A stretch of DNA of 64,000 nucleotides. Origin: Eledone cirrhosa (taxonomy: Eukaryota). Below, in pieces: positions 1-9,707 of this stretch (positions within the stretch are counted from its first letter, which is position 1; every line of letters begins with the position of its first letter). Below the pieces are notes generated by a model. The model saw nothing but the letters and a program-made list of their open reading frames with translations, searched no databases and was not told where the DNA came from. Made by a program: the position numbers and the translations under genes. The stretch lies in the NCBI GenBank assembly GCA_964016885.1, contig OZ024742.1, positions 130,944,001 through 131,008,000 of the forward strand. The letters are read 5' to 3'.

Positions 1-175
1 CCCAAGGCGCCTCCTCTCTATTGAGGATTTTGTTAAAAATTTTATTTTTTGTTATATCTTATTTTATTTTTATATTTTGTTATTGCCTTCTCCTTATTGA
101 GGACGCCTTTTTGTGTAAACTCCCCCCTTTGTACTTGTCCCACTTTTGATGCCCTAGTGGCAAATAAAAGAAATA
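1..175 (+). mobile_element. 3' UTR end of an upstream Tx1-clade LINE (continues outside the window)
   Basis: Near-identical to 5788-5962; ends AATAAAAGAAA followed by (ATCT)n. Confidence 0.9.
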
Positions 176-222
<47 letters not shown>

Positions 223-226
223 ATCT
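176..226. repeat. (TATC)n microsatellite between two tandem LINEs
   Basis: Read directly from the sequence. Confidence 0.95.
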
Positions 227-443
227 TGGGATGGACACACGCGTATAACTTGCTGAGTAAGTTCTGTTTAAATTTCTATAGAAATTCTTGTCTGATAACT
301 TTAATTTTTGTACCATTTTGTAGAGGGACTGCCAGGTCAAACTTTGATCTGGTCAGTCTCTCAAAATATTCTACGCCTTTAGGCGAAATAGTTAAACAAA
401 AAAAAAAAAGTTTTTTCTTGTTGAAAAGTCAATATTTTTTTAA

Positions 444-2237
444 ATGGCCGAAGCTTCTTCACCAAAATTCGAAGGAGGAAAGGGGAAGATGAACTTACAG
501 CTTCCCCCTGCCACTGTCACAGTAGCAGAGGTCAAGAAGAAAGGTCAGCCAGAGGAAGAATTCTCTCCACCTGTTAACCGACAACTTGACGTTGCCATGG
601 CAACAACCCAAAGAATCAGCAGCAACAGCAACAACAACAACAATGCGACGGACGAAAACAACACCAATAACAATAACAATAACAACAACAACAAGACCAA
701 TAACGGTGACAACAACAACAATGATAACAACAACACCACCAACGACAACAACAACAACACAAACAAACAAAATTTCTCCTTCGCCGAGACGACAAGGAAA
801 ACCCTCGACTATCTGCCAGTAGATATAACAAAAGCGAAGGAGCTACTGGCGAATGCGAAAAAATATATAGTGTACGGGGAAAATGGTTCATTCACAATCC
901 ATTTCCCCCCGGAACTAAAAAGCCAGAGACTCCTAAACACGGTCATGTTTAGGACAATCTCGAACAAAAGTAAAAAACCAGCTCAACCATCACAGAGCGA
1001 GATAGAGCTGGTTTTAAAAGACGTCATGAAGGACATCACCTTCATTCAGAAGGATAGACTCTACGGGAGTCTATCCATTCTCATGAAGGACAGGGACACA
1101 GCAGTGAAACTGTCCATCAAACCAATCACATCCACCGCATACACCTTCTACCCTACGTACATGGGTAGAAGAACACAAAAAATAAAAATCCACACCATCC
1201 TGCCGATTATGGACATATGGTGGGTTTTGACAGGTTTTCTGGACCTGGAGGATGACATGCTGGTGTCCATGGGAAAGGCATCGGGTGACGCGTTCAGTGG
1301 AACGAGCCTCGAACTTGTAGTTCAAATGAGGCCCGAAAGGATCGCCCAGATCCCTGAACGCGTCATACTGGATGATCTAACCTTCATCAACATTACCGTT
1401 GAGGGTAGACGGCCCTCGTGTTACCTCTGCGGAACCAGAGGTCACCTGAGGGCTGTCTGTCCCCAACTTAATAAGAAAACCCCAATCCTGCCTACACCAC
1501 CAACAACTGCACAACCAACACAATCACCACAACTACCACTACAAAAACAACCACCACAGCTCAAACCAAAACAAAACAATGTCCAACCCATCCCCTCCAC
1601 TCAAAAAACAAAAACAATTTCCAAAACACCCGTACCGCAAACACAACCCGAAAATATACCCCTCCCCTCCAACGCGGAAGATGACCCTAGTTCGTCGTCA
1701 GACGAGGAGGAGCACTTCCACACAATCAAAAGAAAAAAAAGAAAACACACCTCAGACACACAAATGAAAAAAACCCCTCCCCAAAACATAACACTGACAC
1801 CAACACAAAAGAGCTCACAACAGCAAACAAAAAACACCACACAAAAACAAAAACATGCATACACATACATAAATACAAGAAACAAAAAACTGTTAAACAT
1901 TGTGTACAACAACAATCTAATAAAAACACAAGGGCCTAACTTCACCCAGGCAGGGGATTTCCCCCACCTCAAAATGATTAAGGCCCCACAGGACACCTAT
2001 AAAACTTTAAAAAACAATTTTAAAGAGGACGTGGGTCCCCCCTGCGTCGGGCCCATTAACCGCGTCCTCCTAAAAAACTATCCCACCCCCTCCCCAAACA
2101 CCCACACAACTCCAAGCTCCCCAACCACACAACACACTGATGCCCCCACACTTCCACAAACCACCACCCCACCCAACAACCCATCCCCCACCCTAATGGA
2201 AATTGTGCAGCCCGATACCCGGGACGCAGAGAGGTAA
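444..2237 (+). CDS. LINE ORF1p with CCHC zinc knuckle, poly-Asn and Pro/Thr/Gln-rich regions
   Basis: 597-aa ORF; CYLCGTRGHLRAVC = CX2CX4HX4C; basic KRKKRK motif; lies upstream of ORF2. Confidence 0.88.
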   Translation: MAEASSPKFEGGKGKMNLQLPPATVTVAEVKKKGQPEEEFSPPVNRQLDVAMATTQRISSNSNNNNNATDENNTNNNNNNNNNKTNNGDNNNNDNNNTTNDNNNNTNKQNFSFAETTRKTLDYLPVDITKAKELLANAKKYIVYGENGSFTIHFPPELKSQRLLNTVMFRTISNKSKKPAQPSQSEIELVLKDVMKDITFIQKDRLYGSLSILMKDRDTAVKLSIKPITSTAYTFYPTYMGRRTQKIKIHTILPIMDIWWVLTGFLDLEDDMLVSMGKASGDAFSGTSLELVVQMRPERIAQIPERVILDDLTFINITVEGRRPSCYLCGTRGHLRAVCPQLNKKTPILPTPPTTAQPTQSPQLPLQKQPPQLKPKQNNVQPIPSTQKTKTISKTPVPQTQPENIPLPSNAEDDPSSSSDEEEHFHTIKRKKRKHTSDTQMKKTPPQNITLTPTQKSSQQQTKNTTQKQKHAYTYINTRNKKLLNIVYNNNLIKTQGPNFTQAGDFPHLKMIKAPQDTYKTLKNNFKEDVGPPCVGPINRVLLKNYPTPSPNTHTTPSSPTTQHTDAPTLPQTTTPPNNPSPTLMEIVQPDTRDAER

Positions 2238-2261
2238 GTGCCTTTTCTCTTCACCACCAAC

Positions 2262-5200
2262 ATGGCTATGCTAAGAGTAGGCTGTTTAAATGCGCGTGGC
2301 CTGGGCTCAACTTGGAAGCAAGCAATGCTTCTAAATGACCTCAGGTCACAACGTATAGATGTGATGGTTATTTGCGAGGCCCGGATCAGCAACGTGCGAC
2401 AGCTCGCCCCCACCTTTGATGACTTTGAGATGCACGCATCTCTCTGTCAGCCCGGAGGTGGGGGTGGAGTTGTCGTTCTGCTGCAAAAACATCGGGGTCT
2501 CGCAACACAGATGGTACATTTGGACCCGGAGGGTCGACTAGTGGTTCTGGACCTTGGCAGTGGTAAAGGCGGAGCGTTTAGGTTGGTAGCCGCCTACGGC
2601 CCTTTCGGGTCAATGCGGCCGGACTTCTTCCATCGTCTGGAGACTTTTCTGGGGACGTCCCGCTCCTTGCTATTAGTGGGGGACTGGAATGGTATCCTAG
2701 ATGCACGCTGGGACTACGTAGGGGCCTGCCCCGATAGAGAGGGGTGTAATAGCCTCAAAGGGTTAATCGGTCGATTTGACCTGGCCGATAGATATCGACT
2801 AGATTTTCCGACTGCGCCAACCTGGACTTGGGCAAATCGTAGCGGATCATCTAGGTCGTACCTAGATAGGTTCTTAGTTAGAATTAAGGATAAGGACTTT
2901 TTAAGTTGTCCAAAAATGCGCATGGTTGGCTATTCAGACCACAAATTAGTGACCTGCATGGTCAACCTTGACAGAACTCATAGACAGGGCCCCGGTTACT
3001 GGAAGCTCAACTTGTCCTTGCCGGCAAGTAGAGCCTACAGGAATCGGATTAGTACGTTAGTTAAGGAACGGTTGACTGGAGCGATCGTCAACAGCAGGTG
3101 GTGGGTATCTCTAAAGAGAGAGATTAGAGTAGTCTCGATAGAATTTAGTAAGGTTCTAGCTGCGGATAGGAATAGGAAGGAAAGGGAGCTAATAGATAGA
3201 GTAGAAGAGGCAATTAGAAGCGGCGACGTGGCCAGAGTGCTAGCGTCGAGAACGGCTTTGAGCCAGTTTTTCGACGCGAAGCACGAAGGCTGCGTTGTCC
3301 GAAGTAAAATACGTGCTCTAGGGAACGAGGGGACCAAAGCTGTTAGCTGGGCCCGCGTGACAGAGGCCAACAGTGGAACTAAATCCACCATCCGGTCTTT
3401 GCGAGACCTGGATGGACGGGCGATTCTTGAGCCTAAGCAGATGTGTGAGGCCTTTCAAAGGCACTTTGCCCGACTGTTCGGGAGGGGCGGGGAGCCGGTT
3501 GGGAACGTGGACTTCGGTCCATACCTCGACGGCCTGCCGCGCCTCTCGGACAGGGAGGCGAAGTCCTGCGAGGAGCCGATTTCGGCCGCTGAGATAGAGG
3601 ACGTGCTGAGCCAATGCGGCAAACGCAAATCCCCGGGTCTCGATGGTCTTCCTTACGAATTATATCTAGCTATGCCGGACTTGTTCCCCGATCTCCTCGA
3701 GGCGGTCTACTGCAACTGGCAACAGAACGGGAGAATTCCCTGTACTGTGACCAAGGGCGTAGTCACGCTAGTGAGGAAGGACGAGAACAAGGGGGACGAA
3801 ATAAGTAACTTCAGGCCCATAACTCTGCTAAATACAGAGTTACAGATTTTGGCCAAGGTGCTAGCAAAGAGGTTGGCGCTTGTCGTGGGCAACCTGGTGG
3901 GAGATGCGCAGACATGCGCTATCCCGTCCAGGTCCATCCATGACAACCTCCACCTCATGCGATACATCATAGAGAGGGTTGGGAACGAAACCGGCTTTGG
4001 TGGGGCTCTGATCAACTTGGATCAATCTAAGGCGTTCGATAGGGTCGACCATGGTTACCTGGATGCGGTGCTAGCGGCGGCAGGCTTCGGACCCGTTTTC
4101 AGGGGCTGGATCACTGCTATGCACAGCAGCCGCATCTGCTCTAGGGTCAAGGTGAACGGCTACCTCTCGGAGCCGTTCAAAATCGCGCGGTCCATCCGAC
4201 AGGGGTGCCCTCTCTCCTCCCTTCTGTATGTGTTGACTCTCGAGCCACTACTGCGGAAGTTGGAGTTGTTGCAGGGCATCCCTTTGGAACCGGGATTGCG
4301 GAAAGCGGTGTCGGCCTACGCCGATGACGTGACAGTAATGGTGTCGACGGCCTCCGAAATCGAGGCGGTCGGCACCTTACTGGAGGAGTACGAAAAGTTC
4401 ACAGGGGCTAAGCTGAACCGGGACAAGTCGATCGGTTTGCAACTCGGCACGTGGAGGGGCAGACCGATGCCCTCCGATGGCGTCGTCGGACGCTGGACGG
4501 AGGGCCCGGTGAAGTTGCTCGGGGTCTGGTTCGGACCGGACCTCCAGGTGGAGAAAAACTGGGCGGAGGTTACGAACAGGGTGTTTGCACTGACCCAGAA
4601 GTGGGCCAGTTGCAAACTATCCCTGAAAGGTCGGGCGGAGGTGGCGAACACCTACATAGCGTCCGTCATCTACTACCGCCTGACCGTAGTGCCCTGCCCA
4701 AGGGAAACCCTCACCAAGATGGAGCGCGCGCTCTTCCAATTCCTTTGGAAGAGGCGGGCTCCTATGGTGAGGAGATCCATCTGCTGTCAACACCCTTCGA
4801 AAGGAGGGCTGGGGATGCCGTGGCTAATGATGCGTAAACACGCATTAAGGCTACGGCACCTCTACGTATTCCTCACCGGACAACCGGTGTGGGCCTCGTT
4901 TGTGAGGCGAACCTTTCCCAGACTCGTCTCACTCACCGAGCTGCAATCCTGGGTCAAGCAAAGACCGAGAAAACTGGGCGCCTGGCACACTGAGTGTGCC
5001 CAGGCGCTCACCGCCCTCTGGCAGGCGGATCCGGTTATCAGTGGAGACTCCACCGCAACATTCTATAGAGGGCTGGTACGCAGCAGGTGCGACGACGCCC
5101 TCGGAGAAGCCCTAGACATGGAGGAGGACGAACTGGCCAGCCTGTTCGGTAGGACATTCAGCCCGGGACCTATGGACAACTTCCAGAAGTCCCTGGCCTG

Positions 5201-5699
5201 GCAGTGCTACCGAGGGGCTTTACCCGTTCGAGAAAGGCTCTACAGACACGGGCGCCCGGGTAGGGACCCCGCCAAAAAGATCTGTCCCAGATGCGTGTGC
5301 GACGAGGAAACCGTTGCACACGCATTGGTACACTGCTCGGGCGTAGCCGATCTGTGGGGCTATGTCGAACAACTGCTGTCAAGGGTGGGACCGATCCGGT
5401 TGACCACCGAGTCTATTGTAATGATCAAGCCGCCTCCCCCCTTCAAAGATGAAGCAGAGGCGGTGTTTCTGTGCGTAATAGCCATGGCGAAAGAGGTTGT
5501 ATGGTGGACGCGTCTGAAAGGACTGAGGTCAGGCACCTTTCTCTCTGGCCAACAACTGGTCCGTTTATTCCGATATCATTTCGGAAGAAGGATCAGGATG
5601 GAGAGAGAGGTGCTGCACCCCAGCCGTTTCTATGAAAGATGGGTGAAAGTGGCGAGAATGGCCCGTGTGAATGGGCCTTCACTCTACATCAGACTATAG
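2262..5699 (+). CDS. LINE ORF2p: APE endonuclease, reverse transcriptase and C-terminal Cys/His motif (Tx1/L1-like)
   Basis: EN motifs LNARGL, GDWN, YLDRF, SDH; Tx1-like GPGYWKLN; RT motifs KSPGLDG, FRPITLLN, DQSKAFDRV, RQGCPLS, YADD; C-terminal CPRC..ETVAHALVHC. First ATG is at 2262 in context CCAACATGG; the ORF track starts at GTG 2238. Confidence 0.95.
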   Translation: MAMLRVGCLNARGLGSTWKQAMLLNDLRSQRIDVMVICEARISNVRQLAPTFDDFEMHASLCQPGGGGGVVVLLQKHRGLATQMVHLDPEGRLVVLDLGSGKGGAFRLVAAYGPFGSMRPDFFHRLETFLGTSRSLLLVGDWNGILDARWDYVGACPDREGCNSLKGLIGRFDLADRYRLDFPTAPTWTWANRSGSSRSYLDRFLVRIKDKDFLSCPKMRMVGYSDHKLVTCMVNLDRTHRQGPGYWKLNLSLPASRAYRNRISTLVKERLTGAIVNSRWWVSLKREIRVVSIEFSKVLAADRNRKERELIDRVEEAIRSGDVARVLASRTALSQFFDAKHEGCVVRSKIRALGNEGTKAVSWARVTEANSGTKSTIRSLRDLDGRAILEPKQMCEAFQRHFARLFGRGGEPVGNVDFGPYLDGLPRLSDREAKSCEEPISAAEIEDVLSQCGKRKSPGLDGLPYELYLAMPDLFPDLLEAVYCNWQQNGRIPCTVTKGVVTLVRKDENKGDEISNFRPITLLNTELQILAKVLAKRLALVVGNLVGDAQTCAIPSRSIHDNLHLMRYIIERVGNETGFGGALINLDQSKAFDRVDHGYLDAVLAAAGFGPVFRGWITAMHSSRICSRVKVNGYLSEPFKIARSIRQGCPLSSLLYVLTLEPLLRKLELLQGIPLEPGLRKAVSAYADDVTVMVSTASEIEAVGTLLEEYEKFTGAKLNRDKSIGLQLGTWRGRPMPSDGVVGRWTEGPVKLLGVWFGPDLQVEKNWAEVTNRVFALTQKWASCKLSLKGRAEVANTYIASVIYYRLTVVPCPRETLTKMERALFQFLWKRRAPMVRRSICCQHPSKGGLGMPWLMMRKHALRLRHLYVFLTGQPVWASFVRRTFPRLVSLTELQSWVKQRPRKLGAWHTECAQALTALWQADPVISGDSTATFYRGLVRSRCDDALGEALDMEEDELASLFGRTFSPGPMDNFQKSLAWQCYRGALPVRERLYRHGRPGRDPAKKICPRCVCDEETVAHALVHCSGVADLWGYVEQLLSRVGPIRLTTESIVMIKPPPPFKDEAEAVFLCVIAMAKEVVWWTRLKGLRSGTFLSGQQLVRLFRYHFGRRIRMEREVLHPSRFYERWVKVARMARVNGPSLYIRL

Positions 5700-5962
5700 G
5701 TGAGGAAGATGAAAGACCAAGGGAGCACCCCTTCTCTGTGCTCCTGAGGAGAAGGGTTGCACACTTTTTTCGGGGGTGTGTGCGACCCCCCAAGGCGCCT
5801 CCTCTCTATTGAGGATTTTGTTAAAAATTTTATTTTTTGTTATATCTTATTTTATTTTTATATTTTGTTATTGCCTCCTCCTTATTGAGGACGCCTTTTT
5901 GTGTAAACTCCCCCCTTTGTACTTGTCCCACTTTTGATGCCCTAGTGGCAAATAAAAGAAAC

Positions 5963-5998
5963 ATATCTATCTATCTATCTATCTATCTATCCATCTAT
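5963..5998. repeat. (TATC)n at the 3' end of copy A
   Basis: Read directly from the sequence. Confidence 0.9.
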
Positions 5999-6400
5999 TT
6001 GCATATATTCATAGATGTAACTAATTTTAGAAAGAAAAACAAGATATAAACCAAACAAACAAAAATACTTGTTAACTCTAAATGACTTAACGGTGTAGTG
6101 TAAGCATTATTAATTCTATATATTACGTGTCGTGGGTTTGAGTCTTTAAGTGGGTGGCCCCTGAAGTTCTTGAGCAAAGCACTTCTTGAACAAAGTACTT
6201 ACTTACTTACCCCTGATGTTCTTGAGCAAAGCACTTTATTCTACCTCGCTTTAATACACCAGCAGTAGATCGAGGTTAAGTCAGCGATGAACTGGCTTGA
6301 AGGATCTTATATTCTCTTTCGCTTAACGCCAATGAAACCGAGTAAAAAAACTGGCCTGGTGAGTCCCCGCACTTAGGAGGGTGTGTATGCAGGTATGTAT

Positions 6401-6478
<78 letters not shown>

Positions 6479-6482
<4 letters not shown>

Positions 6483-7381
6483 CATTAACAGAGAAACCCT
6501 TAAGCGATACTCTGACCAACTCCATCTCACTCAACAAACATTAGGATATACCTAAGTATTTTTCCAATTTAGTGTTTGGGGTGCTAACTAATCAGTATTT
6601 CATGGATAACTGGTTGTATTATTTTATATGAGACATAATTAAATAAATATCTCTTTCCTTCCAGACGATCGTTTCGTTATAAGATTTCTACAATTTGGGA
6701 TAAATAATGTCCAGGTTATGTAGAAACTTGTATATAATCCATAGTTTTATACACAAGCGGGCTCTAATAAACTCATCAGTGGATGCCCAAATAATATCGA
6801 TATAAAAATTATATCGACATTAATAGATTAGTGATGATCTCCTTCAGCGCTAAAAAGAGACTGGTAGATTCGAAAATCCAGCAGTCCTCTCAAAGATAAA
6901 ATACACGCTGCTCCCAAGAGGGTAAAGGGAGGTCATCTTAAAATATAAAACAATATACACGCTGGTCATTTCAACCTGTTAGGTATTATAACCACGTGTT
7001 TAAGAACTCAATTGGATTTTAACAGTATAACCATATGTATACACAATCAATGCACACATAGAGATATTAAAATATAATAAATACATGCATGGACCACTCA
7101 TATACACACAGTTATTCTCTAAGGCTAAATCAGACATGGGATATAAGGAAGATCAATCAGTATTTCATATAAAAAATAATAATAATAAAGAGAGTCATAC
7201 CTAATATTTGGAAATCATATCCGGCTACCAAGAGTATATATTTAATACATTAACAGAGAAAGCCTTAAACGATACTCTGACCAACTCCATCTCACTCAAC
7301 AAACATTAGGATATACCTAAGTATTTTTCCAATTTAGTGTTTGGGGTGCTAACTAATCAGTATTTCGTGGATAGCTGGTTG

Positions 7382-7386
<5 letters not shown>
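6479..7386 (-). mobile_element. Non-coding hammerhead-bearing element with ~143-bp terminal direct repeats (Penelope pLTR or retrozyme-like)
   Basis: 6479-6621 is repeated at 7244-7386; (TA)n on both flanks; internal hammerhead motif. Confidence 0.65.
6660..6783 (-). ncRNA. Type I hammerhead motif with branched stem II
   Basis: Minus strand: UCCA-CUGAUGA-GUU...(two internal hairpins)...AAC-GAAA-CGAUCG-UC-UGGA. Confidence 0.7.
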
Positions 7387-7455
<69 letters not shown>

Positions 7456-7595
7456 AGTTTATGTTGGTTGTATACCAACACTCAGTATGCAGGCTGGAGC
7501 ACTCGACGAAGTGCGCAGGTTGGTTTGGTTACTCCGGAGTAGTGTAAAATAAAGTTAAATAAAAGTCAAATGATTAAAATTTAGCTTCGTTTATT

Positions 7596-7650
7596 ACTGC
7601 TATATATATTTCAGTGACAGCCATCTTTGTCTGTGACCTCTTCAGGCAGT
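7596..7650 (-). ncRNA. Minimal type I hammerhead motif
   Basis: Minus strand: ACUGC-CUGAAGA-GGUCACAG...CUGUCACU-GAAA-UAUAUA-UA-GCAGU. Confidence 0.8.
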
Positions 7651-7795
7651 TTGAATTAGTATGGTATAGATAAGTACATATGTTGTTTAGGTGTATGATA
7701 TTGTCAATACTCTGATATGCCCAGTTCCTTGTTGGGTTGTTAATTCACTGGGGAACTGGAGTCATATATATTTTTTGGGGGGAACTGGAGTCATA

Positions 7796-7853
<58 letters not shown>

Positions 7854-8089
7854 CGCACTTTATATATCAATCGAATGGCTTTCCCAGTTTCATTGGTATT
7901 AAACGACAGAGAGTACAAGATTCCCCAGGACAGGACGCCAGTGCATCACAGTTAATGTAGTCAATATAGTTGTACAAGCAACTTCGCCCGGATGCTTGTA
8001 ACAGTGAATTACACTAAAGGGAGATTATTTAGAAATAAATTTAAATATATATGTATTTATATCCACATACCTATCTACATACCCCCCCC

Positions 8090-8149
<60 letters not shown>

Positions 8150-8273
8150 GTAGGAGGTGAGTTTTATTGTAGCACAATAAAGCAATGCAAATATCGGATA
8201 AGTAGCACTCAACAGTTTATTGGACTGGAGTATATATAAGAAGAAATTAAAAGATGGTTAGAAAAGTTCCAAG

Positions 8274-8344
8274 TATTTTATTATGCGCATTTCAAAAACA
8301 AATATCATCCAGGGACGATATTTGCGTCCTCATCAGATAAAATA
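8274..8344 (-). ncRNA. Minimal type I hammerhead motif
   Basis: Minus strand: UAUUUUAU-CUGAUGA-long stem II-GAAA-UGCGCA-UA-AUAAAAUA; 8-bp stem I; palindromic stem III. Confidence 0.85.
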
Positions 8345-8369
8345 GGGAGACATGATATGAAGCTTAAAA

Positions 8370-8434
8370 AAGACACTTGTGAGCAAGGTAGTGTCTAAAC
8401 AATATATAGACACTACCTTGCTCACAAGTGTCTT
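8370..8434. repeat. Perfect 28-bp inverted repeat with a 9-nt loop
   Basis: AAGACACTTGTGAGCAAGGTAGTGTCTA followed by its reverse complement. Confidence 0.9.
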
Positions 8435-8435
8435 C

Positions 8436-9350
8436 TCCTCCTCCCCCTCCTCCTCCTCCTCCTCCTCCTCCTCCTCCGCCTCCTCCCTTCTTCTTGAGAG
8501 GGTCTTCAAACACTCCTTCCAGGGGGCTCTTGTCAGAGGCAAACGTCTCCAATTGATCCGGCTGGATCCCCAAGCGTGACCAGACAAGCTCATGTATGTT
8601 ATCCAACCATCTTGCTCGGGGTTTACCCCTGGGTCCCTTTCCGGCTGGTTTTTCACGTACAATCCATCCAGCAATTGTTACCTGACACATTCTAACCACA
8701 TGTACATAGTATCATAGCTGTGATCTCTCAATTCGGAGAAGTAGCGGCTTTACCTGGAGTGACTTTCTATTCTCTAAGTTACACACTTTATCGAGTAACG
8801 TTACTCCAAAGACCCTTCGGTGGAATTCCATTACGGCCACTTGTGTTCGCGATCGTATTTTTCGGTCATTATCCAAGATTCATAACCATAGGTAAGAGTT
8901 GGCACGGAAACCGAATTTAAGATAGCGAGTTTGGTTTTTACGCATACCTCCCTTCTTTTGATTACTATTTTTGATTACTATTCTTTTGAATAACTGGCGC
9001 ATTATTTTTGCGATTCTTACACTTAATTCATCCTCCTCCCTTCCACCACTGGTGAACACGGCCCCGAGATACTTGAATTTCTCCACTTGCTTCAGTGGAA
9101 CTTCATTCACATGTATTTCACTGCGCATGCCTACTTGAGAGGACGAGTGTCTCAGTTTTCGCAGCACTGATTTTCAATCCAGCCATACAGCACTTAGCAT
9201 CAAGCCTATGGAGTGCTTTTGTTGAGTTAAGTAACACCATGTCGTCTGCAAATTCCAGCCAACTAATTTTACACTCGCCAGTCACGATACCACTTCCAAC
9301 CCGGCTGCGCATGTCAATCTGTTCATGTATCGAATACAGTCAATTACAGA
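8436..9350 (-). mobile_element. Degenerate 3' fragment of an RTE-like LINE with a (GAG)n tail
   Basis: Translated pieces WLEFADDMVLL, LKISAAKTETLV, LKQVEKFKYLG, GKGPRGKPRARWLDNI; frameshifted. Confidence 0.75.
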
Positions 9351-9638
9351 TGTTTTAGTACGAGACAGCAAATGAAAAATTTTGAAGATGAAATGAAATG
9401 ACTGTATGCCAGACACGCTGACGTTTTTTTTTAGGTAAGTCTGGGTCATTTCACATCCCTGCCAAACACATACAATGTTTGCACGTGTATACACGAATAC
9501 ATGTATATACACCCCCTTGATTTCGATGTCTGAGTTTGATTGTTACTGTCACACACACAACGACACAGACAGACAAATAGACAGACAGACACACACACAC
9601 CGACACAGGCAGACAGACAGACATATCACACACACACA

Positions 9639-9706
<68 letters not shown>

Positions 9707-9707
<1 letters not shown>

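Larger units (their letters stand above)
227..5962 (+). mobile_element. Full-length, apparently intact Tx1-clade non-LTR retrotransposon (copy A)
   Basis: 5' UTR starting GGGATGGACACACGCG (same start at 12555 and 18348), ORF1, ORF2, 3' UTR with AATAAA, and (TATC)n on both sides. Confidence 0.93.

Noticed and set aside
257-323. Possible intron in the Tx1 5' UTR (GTAAGT...TTTTGTAG)
   Set aside because: A spliced intron should be lost on retrotransposition, yet all three 5' ends retain it; the same bases fit hairpins.
49-492. 147-aa ORF overlapping the ORF1 start
   Set aside because: Spans a 3' UTR, (TATC)n and a 5' UTR with a non-ATG start; a junction artefact.
5721-5790. HDV-like or hammerhead ribozyme in the Tx1 3' UTR (CTGAGGA)
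   Set aside because: No P3/L3/P1.1 or GAAA arrangement, and CTGAGGA is not conserved in copies B and F.
6280-6350. Degenerate hammerhead-like motif (also 7870-7960 on the minus strand)
   Set aside because: Stem II and GAAA are present, but the core reads GCGATGA/GTGATGC and stem I does not pair.
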